A stretch of 63,809 nucleotides of DNA, counting the filler, from Octopus bimaculoides (lineage: Eukaryota): NCBI RefSeq assembly GCF_001194135.2. It is 9 parts of 7 records of this genome, joined end to end, with 100 filler letters (N's around TTAATTAATTAA, not from the genome) between each part and the next. Parts side by side here need not be neighbours in the genome. Positions count along the whole stretch, not along the records: positions 52,445 to 62,199 come from NC_068989.1; positions 62,300 to 63,809 come from NW_026387853.1; 7 more parts are not named here. The stretch is one strand, 5' to 3'. The notes under the pieces are model-generated. The model was not told the DNA's origin and did no database searches. It saw only the letters and a program-made list of their open reading frames with translations. Below are positions 53,263 to 63,809 of this stretch, piece after piece (position 1 is the stretch's first letter; the number at the start of each line of letters is the position of its first letter). Position numbers and translations under genes: made by a program.

Positions 53263-56200
53263 CTTTCAGTACATTTTGTGTCTACCAAATCCTCACAAGG
53301 CATGGTAGAAGACACTTGCTCAAGGAAATGCACTGTGGAATTGAACCATGGACTATGTGATCACAAAGCCAAATTGTTAACCACACTGCCATGCCTTCCC
53401 CCATTTCTAAGCCATTTCCCATCATACTTGTCCCTATTTGGGAAATGTTTACTGAATCTCTCTCCCACACCACCTACCTACACACACACACACACACACA
53501 CACATCCCCACCTCAAAAAAATAATAAAAAAGAAAAACACAAGCAAAGCCATATTCTGACATAAATGTCTTTATTTCATTCCCATTTTAGGTATGTTTTA
53601 GGAATTATCTCTAGAAATATTTTACTGCAAGTTCTTCAAACTATTGCAGTCTCTTGACATTTTACGTCTGTTTCTTTCTTTGTTTAGTAACTTTATTGAA
53701 TGAAAGATGGTGAATAGAAACTGTGTTTGTATTTAGTGATAAACAAACAAAAAAAAATCCTACTGTTAAAAAAGAAATGAAAAAATTTAAATAAAAACGG
53801 TATTCTTTTATAGATTTCTCTTTCTGTTGTCTACAGGAGACTGTAAGGTTTTATTTTCCTTTATCAGTTTTACATAGATTTCAACTGACTTTATTGACCG
53901 ATTCCATCTACTTTCTTCAACTCCCAAGCTAGATTGAGGACAGAATGCTGGCTTCATGCTTAGGACAGCAGTGCAGTGTTCTATCGGTCGAGGCTGGTTG
54001 TGGGGGGAAGATTGTCATCTGAAAACAAATTGAAAAATAACCAAACAGACAGCACATTGGATTTCGTTGGTTCCTGGAGGATATAACTGTCTGTGTTCTT
54101 GTGATTGAATTAAAGGAGAATAGGGATTTCACAGAGAATTATTTGCTGATGCCAGTTCAACCGAAATGCCAAAGACTGAAAACTATGTTTAATTACTGAA
54201 ACATTAAGTTCCATTTCAATCAGTGCTTGACGACGAATGCAACTCTTTGAAATCCTCTGTAGAATTTAACAGAAGTATTCTCTTCTATATCTTTCTCTGA
54301 AATAAGTAGAAAATAAGGAATTGTTTCAAAGACAAATTAATCCTAGGAATATTGACAAGTGGAGGGAGCATGAGAGGCTTCCCTGAAGCTATTAGTAAAA
54401 CTAATGTGAATGGAACAATTCCAGCTGGGAACTGGAACTAAACTTGGGACAAAGTTTAATATAATTTATGATAATATATAATTATTACATGCAGCTCTTT
54501 ACTGTAGCTCCTCCTTCCATGTAATGCACAGCCTATTGTAGCACACACTTTACTGAATCACAGTTTATAGTAACATACAATCCTATCATGCATATTTCAG
54601 TGTAACAAATAGTTTACTGTAACACTGTATATTGTAACACATAGTCCACTGTAACAAATCATCCAATATAACCTGGTATTCTGCTTGAAACCAGGGACCA
54701 GCAGAGACCCTTACCAACATTGAGCAACACCTGCAGTGTATTTATTTTATGAAGTAAAAAAAGCAAAAAGTATGCAAACATTCCTCATAAAGTGAAGCTT
54801 TCTATTTACAGAATGTGAAATGGTGGAGGAGTCTGTAATTGTCAGTTTGAATGGTATAGATGCATGGGTGGTAATAAGGTTGCTTTGTAATCTTATAGGC
54901 CTGGGTTCAATACCACTGCATAGTACCTTGGGCAGTAGTCATCTTTTGTATCCTCAGATTGGCCTTGAGTCAACACATGTCTGTTAAAGTTCATCACTGG
55001 TTCAGTGTAGAGTGACCAAATGGTTAACAATTTTGCTTTGCCACCATCAAATCCTCACTTTTGATCTCACTTCTACAACTTGGGCAAATGATGATTGAAT
55101 GATGCTGCCATATGGCATCTACTACGATCGCATCTGTATATCCTAATTGCTGTCATCATCACTTTAACAGCCTCTTTTCTATGCTTATATGGATCAGAGA
55201 GAATTTGTTGAGGTAGATTTTCTTTGGCTCGATGTCTTTACTGATGTCATCCCTCATCTGTTTCAAAGCAAGATGATATTCCCACCCACCCACCAGACCC
55301 GGTCTTCATGAAAGACTGGAAAGAAACAATCGTGCTTGTGTGATGGTGATGCTCATTTACAACCCCCACACAGTGTCTAGACAAGAGTACACACACACAC
55401 ACACACACACACACATGCACATTTCTATGTATATGCAAGTGTGTGTGTGTGTGCGCGCCTGTGTATGCATGTGTGTGTCCAACCCATTGATGATTATGTT
55501 TTTTTTTTTTAATTTCCCATTTATCAAACCCACTTATAAGTTTTTGGTTGGCCAGAGCTATAGAAGAAGGCACTTGCCCAAGGTGCTATGCAAGAGGACT
55601 GAAATGAAGATCACATGATAAGGAAGCAAGCTTCTTAACCATTAGATATCAGAAGATATCTAATGGTCAGTGAAAGTAAGAATGCCATCAGTTGATTTTG
55701 ATAATTTCGGCAGCAGCACTTTGAGTTTATGAGGACACTCCTATGGAATTGCTAGGAGTAATAACCAAAGGTCTTCCTCAGTTCCCTCCTTACCACATGA
55801 ATATGAATAAGAAACTCTTTTGATAATGTTGTCTTAGATATAGGAGGTCTGGACTAAAAACTGGAAGATTCATGACCAGAATGTTTCTGGTTTGTATTTC
55901 TGTTCAATCAGAGCTAAAAGTTAAACAACTTAAAAATGCAAGATCTAGAGCAGTAGAGATTAATGCCTCTATACCTAAATTTGTCTGTCTGTTTGTCTAT
56001 ATATATATATATATANNNNNNNNNNNNNNNNNNNNNNNNNNNNNNNNNNNNNNNNNNNNNNNNNNNNNNNNNNNNNNNNNNNNNNNNNNNNNNNNNNNNN
56101 NNNNNNNNNNNNNNNNNNNNNNNNNNNNNNNNNNNNNNNNNNNNNNNNNNNNNNNNNNNNNNNNNNNNNNNNNNNNNNNNNNNNNNNNNNNNNNNNNNNN

Positions 56201-57240
56201 NNNNNNNNNNNNNNNTATATATATAAGCAAAAATGCTAGTTCTATAATTCTAGGAATAGTTGTACTGATCTGGTCCCGTTGCTAGGAGATGGTAGGGGTT
56301 CACTCTCCTGCTCGCATTTTTATTGGCTGCAGCTGTGCATCATTAACCAGCTAGAGGAGATGTCCTCTTGGGGTTAAAAAAATCGCAGTAGAGTCTTCTC
56401 AAACAGACAGCAATGTTAAAGTGGCTACGAATATTACTTTTATATATAGTGTGAAGTGCATTGTGACTAGTGATGTATAACAATACATGGTAGTCTGGTT
56501 GATCACATGACCATGGGATATAAATATAGCTACAGGTATATCTTGTAATCGTTTACACCTTGCAAAATTCCCCTTTGATGTTATCGCAGGCTCTCTGGCT
56601 GTTTTATCTCACCTCCATTTTTAGCATTATTACTTTAAGCAGCAGGTTATATTTCAAAGTACTTTATAATTTTACATTGACTGCTTAACACACATCTGTT
56701 CTGCTACATCTCTATCGATGACTGTTTTGCAAAGTTACAATATATTTTCAGCTCTAATGACAGAATTCAATGTGTTGAATATTCATAGAAACCTTTAATG
56801 TGTAAGAAAAAATATTGTTAAAACATTGACCACAAACAATAATGCTATATATCACAGCTAAAATGTAGGGGAAAAAGTTCATTACAATACTAGCAAATCA
56901 TTTGGAAAACATAGAATTCTCACTAACATTTCTGCCACCATTTTATGTAAAAGATACCTCACATGTGGCAGCAACTTTGCATCTATAAAATGGCATTTAT
57001 TTACTTTTTCTTTGGTGATCAAAGCTATCTCCACTGAATAGAAGTTTTATCATTGATTTTGAATACCAAGTTTGTGTCATTCTCGCAAGCAGATAAAGTA
57101 TCATTTTTAGTAGGAGTTTTCTGTCATTGATAACTCTATTCTGGCTATTTTTTTTTTTTTTCTCTCAAAGAACTACGATGAAATCTTTCTACGATATCCA
57201 TATTTGTTTGGTTTTTGGATTTATTTTAGTTTTTCTGTCT

Positions 57241-57393
57241 TTATTTTCTGTCACTATGTTTGAAGTTAGTGTAGTAAACATCTTCTGTTGTATAAGCTTC
57301 AGTCGAAGGTATTTCGTTCGATACATAAGAAGTATTGTTACATTTACTAGAATGAATTTCATTCTGTATGGTTTCTGGTTGCACAGTCCAAAA
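57241..57393 (-). CDS. Candidate terminal coding exon, product unknown
   Basis: Acceptor TTTTTATTTCATTTCAG, then an open frame FWTVQPETIQNE...TEDVYYTNFKHSDRK*, with AATAAA about 15 nt after the stop. No homology recognised. Confidence 0.3.
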   Translation of the reverse strand, partial: FWTVQPETIQNEIHSSKCNNTSYVSNEIPSTEAYTTEDVYYTNFKHSDRK

Positions 57394-57955
57394 CTGAAAT
57401 GAAATAAAAATATTATGTCTTCATATACGAGGCAAAGTTGATCAAAGTTTTATTTTATTTTCTTGAAATTTTTGTTCAGTTTTCTTTCTTGATGTTTCTC
57501 TCTCTCTCTCTAAAAGAGGTAATTTATATCTTCTATCATTGTTTCTTGATTCATAATAGAAATTATAGTTTCATTTTAACAATTGATACAACCATATCAA
57601 AGTATATAAAGTGAATTATTTTCAAGAAAATTCAGTTCTTTCAGTAGCAACAAAACTTCCATTGTTTCCTCATATAACAAAGAAGTTATCCTCACATTTA
57701 ACAGAATGTGAACTTCACTTAAAATATATGGGATTTTAGAAAATATTCTATATATTTTTGTTTTTGGAATCGGGTATCAATATCTCAGTTTTTGAAAAAG
57801 TTTTCAAGCTGAATAAAATTTTCGAGAAAAGGTCTTATTTAAAAAAAAATTTTTTGAAATAGTTAATGTACGATTTATTGATTTGCATCCAATATTTCCA
57901 TTAAATATTCATCATAAAATACAACAAAGAAAGCTGCTGTATTTTCAGAGAAACA

Positions 57956-58036
57956 TTGCATAAATATTGTGGGACTGAAATATTGCATAAATATTGTGGG
58001 ACTGAAATATTGCATAAATATTGTGGGATTGAAACA
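57956..58036. repeat. 27-bp tandem repeat, three copies
   Basis: TTGCATAAATATTGTGGGA(C/T)TGAAA(T/C)A. Confidence 0.9.
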
Positions 58037-59354
58037 TTTGAACAGAACGATATTTTACAGCACAAATTATTACATGTTTATATATGCTTGATTATACATT
58101 TTTGTTTTGTTTTTTTACTTATTTATCTTGTTTTCCTCAAACATTTCAACTCAGGTGTGGTTGAGTGGGGCCAGGGCTTTCAGTTTGCAACCCTGTGGTG
58201 GTACCACATTAGGTTCAGCTGCTTGACGCCTTGAGCAAGTGTCCCCTATTACACCCTTGGCGTTGATCAATGTTCTGTGAATGACTAAATTTGGTTGTTT
58301 GGCTGACCGGAAAAATGCTTGTCATATAAATGTGTGTGTGTGTATATGTATACACACACATATGCTTATATATATATATATATTCATCATCAAGATCCTT
58401 TTGTCCATGCTGGCATGATTTGGACGGTTTGAGGGGAACAGACAAGTCAGAAAACCCCACCAGGTTCTATGTCTGTTTTGGCATGGTTTCTATGGCTGGA
58501 TGCCCTTCCTGACACCAACCACCCAACAGAGTGTACTGGCTGCTTTTTATGCTTTGAAGGTTTTTGTCTTGTCAGCTATTTGGTGACATCAGTAGTGTTG
58601 GTGGCATACAAAATGCATCCTGTGCATTAGAAAGACAGTCAAAGAAACAAGATCCTTGTGGTATTCCTTCCATTTGAGTTTCACCAATAACTATCTGACA
58701 AGGCTAGAAATAGTCATATGGAAGCTTTTTCTTTCAGCCCCCTCCCCCAAAGCTAAACCCCCTTGGTACAAATACTTTATTTACTCTCATAGGGAAGTGA
58801 AAATTGTATGTCTCTTAAAGAAATGTATACTTTATATTTCAAAATATTTGCAAATGCTGTGTAGTGGATTATGAGCCTGTGAATTAATTAATAAATAAAC
58901 GAGTAAGCTGATATGAAAGACAACTAAGTTTAATGAAAAATTCTTTTGTCATGTTCAGCATTTTTTTGTTTTTGGCATGTATAGTAAACTTCAAAATGAT
59001 TTCAGAGAATCATTTGGTTTTCAGAATTAAATTTCAAATATAAAATTTTGTAAAATCTCTCATATACTTTATTATGTTAGTAACAAAGAAGTTAAAATAA
59101 TATAAAAAAGTTGATGCAGGAGTCTATTCAATTTATTAATTACATTTTCCATTTTTACTAAAAATCAAGAATGATGATGATTAGACAAACAGTGACAAAA
59201 TTAATTATATTTTTCGCTAACAGCATAAGTATGCGTGCATGTATGTGCGTATGCATGCATGTATATATGTATGTATGTATGTAGATGTTTCCATATAAGA
59301 CTATAACATGTGTGTGTGTGTGTATATGTATATAACTTAGAACAAACAGTAAAA

Positions 59355-59515
59355 TGTTGTCATTATAGACTTGTGCCCACTAAATGGAGCCTGTATGACT
59401 GAGGCCATTATTTATGAAGCCACCATAAATTCTACAAACGCTAATAATACAGTTTCATCCAAGACATTTGTGAGTCTCACAGAGGGAAATTTCAAAGCAA
59501 GGTTCAACAATCACT
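59355..59515 (+). mobile_element. Penelope-like GIY-YIG endonuclease remnant
   Basis: CPLNGACMTEAIIYEATI...KTFVSLTEGNFKARFNNH matches the CPL.G.C...IY.A.V..YIG.TE..FK.RY.NH pattern. Confidence 0.8.
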
Positions 59516-60756
59516 CATATAAGCAGCATCATTCATTTTCAATAAACTGCAAGACAAGGTCCGGCTGTAAGAAAATCTGCCTCAACAAACTCTGTCTAAC
59601 CTATGCCAGCCTTGAAAAGTGGACCTGACGATGAGGATGAAGATGTCACCAATGATTTACATTCAAGATGCTTGTATAAGATACCTAAAGCTATAGGGTT
59701 GTGAAGCAAACTTCTTAAACATGTTGATCTACCTGCATGAATAATACCATGAAGAACAAAATTATTTTTCCTCAACTTATAACACATTAAATAATAGCTG
59801 TCTGCCTATCACACTTAATGCTGATATATCGTTAGTTAATTAGACAAACTAATTGTGGTATTCACCACTGTTGAATGATTTTCTTTTGTTACTGATATAT
59901 ATTTGTTTTAAAAACATCATATGTCCATAAGAGATTATCTGCAGATGAATGCTGCACTTAATTTGCCTATTTTTGATGTGTCTGCATTAAGTATGTTACA
60001 CAGATGGCTATTGTAATCTAATACTACTTCTGTTGCATATAACAGATATTAAATAATGATTCGATGTGAACTGCTAGATCTTCTGTTTAGTATATCAGGT
60101 GACTATTGAATTATCAAGCAGCTTCTCTCTTGTCCCATTAGTGGTTAGTTACAAACATTGGCAGAGGAACAATGTGACCATTCACAGCTTTGTTTTACAG
60201 AAAATGTAAATATAATTCTATGCCATAATAAATTAGTCTCTTTACAAAAAAGAAAAGTTGCGTCCATTTTCAGTGTTTATTCACTCAACTAATTTGTCTT
60301 TCTGCTATGAATCAGCCATTGATTTGAGGTAACCCTTAATCCTATCAGATGGAAAGACTTAAAAGAAATATTTTTCACTGCAAAGTTCCATTTTAGAAAT
60401 TTTCTTTTTCATTTTCTTATCCATGCAAATTAGTGTTAAATGGCATTTGGTCCACTAAAGATTTTTAAAGTTTCATTCAACTACATTACATCCTGTTAAT
60501 GTTTATTTTATGTAAATCAGTTGGAACATTAGTCCTAACCAATTTACTCTTGTAACCATCTGCATTAGTTACACTCACTGATTGGAATTCTTGCAGAGTT
60601 ATTCAAATTTGAAACAACTCTAATTATCAGAGATATTGAGAATGCATTTTAAGCGTGGAACTCAGCAGAGTTTTTTCAATTGTCTTTTTCTTATGGAGAT
60701 TAATATCTATTCACTGCCAAATTCACAGGTTTCATTTGAGAGAAAACACAAGAGAC

Positions 60757-60797
<41 letters not shown>

Positions 60798-61008
60798 AAG
60801 AAAGAGTAAAAAAAAAGTAAATATATTTATACATATTCCCATTAGTTTGTCTCCCTATTAGAAGAAATTTGCAAAATTTTCTTTCTCCCCATTTCTCTCT
60901 CATCTCTCCTCATCTCTTTCTCTCTCGTCTCTCCTCATCTCTTTCTCTCTCCCTGTCTCTGTCTCTCTCTCTCTGTCTTTTTGTTCCCTCTCTTCTCTCT
61001 CTCCCTCT

Positions 61009-61048
<40 letters not shown>

Positions 61049-61239
61049 CCCTCTTTTGTGTTTGAAGAATTTCAAAATTTTATCAAACAATTTTTGTTTT
61101 TGTGCATGCAATGTGTCCCTCATGTATTTTACTATTTTACTATTTGTGGATTTGCACCAAATTGTGTGAACATGTGTAAGATGACTTACACTCTTCTAGT
61201 TTAATGTTGTTGTCTCTTGTTCACATTTGTGTTTTGTAG

Positions 61240-61335
61240 CAGACGAGACTAATTTTGTAGGCTTCAACTACAAAATTGCAGACATCTTAACTAAAACTAT
61301 ACTCAGATCAGATATAGCTATGTCCCAATTTCCCT
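61240..61335 (+). CDS. Candidate 96-nt phase 1-1 internal exon, product unknown
   Basis: Acceptor TTCACATTTGTGTTTTGTAG, donor CT|GTAAGG, and only one open frame: DETNFVGFNYKIADILTKTILRSDIAMSQFP. Confidence 0.4.
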
Positions 61336-61869
61336 GTAAGGGTTCAAAATACTATTCTAAGGGATCAGTTTTTTGTATTTTGATCAGCTCTATGTTGTGT
61401 AATTGAAAAGACTCAAAATTATAAATTAAATAAGGGAGATAACTCAAATGGTGGAAATATAAATAATTAGGTTAAAGAGTGATATCTGGAATCGTTATTG
61501 TTAATGATGCTGAAAAAAAATGAGAGACAATTTGTTGGAAGAAGGCAAAAAATAAGGAGATTCTTACCTCGTGATGAAATTGTAACAGAGTATCCAGCTT
61601 CTCATCACAAGAATCAGCAGAACACCACATGCGTGCCAACATGTGTACACTACCCCAACCTCTGGCCCCAAGTGGAGCCTTCTGCATGTCTGTTCCCTTC
61701 AACATCCTGATGAAGAAAGTGGATGTTGAAATGGCCTGCTTCTTGATGTGACAACACTCTTCCTCCTCTGCTTCCTGTTCTGATGTCTCCCTTTATTCCT
61801 CCAAATGATTTAAAGAAATTGCTAATTAATCTTTGAAAATTAATTGACAAGTTTAGGGGAAAGATAGTA

Positions 61870-62190
61870 AGATGCTGGTTTGCAAGCAAGACCGGTTCAG
61901 TCCCACTGCATGGCACCTTGGATGGGTGTTTCCTATTATAGCCCCCAGGCTAAGCAAAGCTTTCTCAGTAGATTTTGTAAATGGAAACTGAAAGAAGCCC
62001 GCCATATATATCTGTATATATATAGGCATAGGAGTGGCTGTGTGGTAAGTAGCTTGCTTACCAACCACATGGTTCCAGGTTCATTCCCACTGCATGGCAC
62101 CTTGGGCAAGTGTCTTCTACTATAGCCTTGAGCCAACCGAAGCCTTGTGAGTGGATTTGGTAGACGGAGACTGAAAGAAGCTTGCCGTAT
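61870..62190 (+). mobile_element. Two tandem SINE family B 5' halves
   Basis: GGTTCA.TCCCACTGCATGGCACCTTGG...AACTGAAAGAAGC, present twice. Confidence 0.8.
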
Positions 62191-62359
62191 ATATATATAN
62201 NNNNNNNNNNNNNNNNNNNNNNNNNNNNNNNNNNNNNNNNNNNTTAATTAATTAANNNNNNNNNNNNNNNNNNNNNNNNNNNNNNNNNNNNNNNNNNNNA
62301 TTTTACCCCAGTGTCACTTTGATGGCATGCACTACTCTCTAACTCAATAATAATAATAA

Positions 62360-62864
62360 TGATTCCAAATTTTGACACAAGGCTGGCAATTATGGGGAAG
62401 GGAGTAAGTTGATTACATCAACCCTTGTGCTCAACTGGTACTTATTTTATCGACCCCAAAATGTTGAAAGTTCAATTCAGCCTTGAAAGCATTTGAACAC
62501 AAAATATAAAGACGGACAAAATGTTACTAAGCATTTTGCCCAGTGTGGTAATTATTTGCCAACTCACCACTCAAGACTACAGTATAATAACAACANNNNN
62601 NNNNNNNNNNNNNNNNNNNNNNNNNNNNNNNNNNNNNNNNNNNNNNNNNNNNNNAATAATCCTTTCTACTATAGGCACATGACCTGAAATTTGGCGGGAG
62701 AGGGACTAGTCAATTACATCGACCCCCAGTATTTCAGATACTTAATTTTTCGTCCCTGAAAGGATGAAAGGCAAAGTTGATATTTGAACTCAGAACATAG
62801 TGACAGGTGAAATACTGCAAAGCATTTTGTCCAGCATGCTAACGATTCTGATAGCTCACTGCCT

Positions 62865-62895
<31 letters not shown>

Positions 62896-63190
62896 GATAG
62901 TAATAATAATAATAGTAATAATAATAATNNNNNNNNNNNNNNNNNNNNNNNNNNNNNNNNNNNNNNNNNNNNNNNNNNNNNNNNNNNNNNNNNNNNNNNN
63001 NNNNNNNNNNNNNNNNNNNNNNNNNNNNNNNNNNNNNNNNNNNNNNNNCAGTACTAAACTGGTACTTATTTTACCAACCAGAGTACTAAAACGATGGAAG
63101 GTAAAGACATCTCAAGGTTATTTGAATTTAGAACATAAAATGTCAAATGAAATGCCACTATGCATTTTGTCCGATTCATCCACCGCAATT
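62360..63190 (-). mobile_element. Three SINE family C copies separated by (AAT)n and gaps
   Basis: Same diagnostic blocks as 13680-14165. Confidence 0.7.
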
Positions 63191-63199
63191 TGGAAGAGG

Positions 63200-63400
63200 T
63201 TTTGCGGCAGGACCCACCCAGGNNNNNNNNNNGACGGGCATGATTGGGGAAGATATCCAGGGGCTCGACATAATCTTGAGGGATGCAGAGGGGCTGGCAT
63301 AGGATCACTAGTGATGGAGAGCACTGGTTGACTTGGTTGCCTCTACACATGATGACATCTCTGGGACCACTAACCTAGGATGACCCCAGCCCCATTAATG
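63200..63400 (+). mobile_element. Second RTE-type LINE C-terminal remnant
   Basis: IGEDIQGLDIILRDAEGLA*DH**WRALV resembles the RTE ..LAQDR..WR.LV terminus. Confidence 0.55.
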
Positions 63401-63675
63401 AAGCAAGCGAACCAAGAATTTGAACTTAGAACTTAGCTAAATATAATTAAATGGTTTGGAATTTAATCTGATAATGCGTAAATTATCAATATTCTGTGAA
63501 GAACTTTAAGTGGAATGAGACAGCTGCTTCATAAGAATCAATTACACTTAATAATATATCATCAATATGCTCAGAGAAAAACTATTTATTGGTCTTTTAC
63601 AGCTTTTTNNNNNNNNNNNNNNNNNNNNNNNNNNNNNNNNNNNNNNNNNNNNNNNNNNNNNNNNNNNNNNNNNNN

Positions 63676-63706
<31 letters not shown>

Positions 63707-63809
63707 AATACACATATGCACAAAAACACACACAAACTGACATTTGATTAATTCAAATATATTTATGTAGGCATGCCTATATGTATGTATGCGTGTCTAC
63801 ATATGTATA

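Overview
Eukaryotic, AT-rich, repeat-dominated draft genomic DNA, with roughly 7-8% N by my tally. The SINE and RTE repeat families and the microsatellite load resemble an octopod cephalopod genome (inference from recalled repeat families, not a database match). I see no intact protein-coding gene. Nearly all long ORFs in the track are translated microsatellites or N-gaps. Recognisable content is mobile-element debris: RTE LINE 3' ends, a decayed R4/Dong-like LINE with a YMDD motif, Penelope-like GIY-YIG fragments, three Tc1/mariner relics, MITEs, a Helentron-type end and dozens of tRNA-derived SINEs. The most interesting signals are: (i) several minimal type-I hammerhead-like motifs of the Penelope kind, best at 11289-11334; (ii) a 20-bp G:U-containing pre-miRNA-like hairpin at 17472-17523; (iii) a 35-bp palindromic tandem array at 4283-5061; (iv) a structured 275-bp unit duplicated across a gap; (v) an inverted 40-bp octamer+CCAAT core; (vi) CpG-depleted domains that suggest gene-body methylation and hold a few candidate exons. 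All structure and alignment calls were made by eye, and repeat boundaries are approximate. I cannot claim a new biological system from this window.
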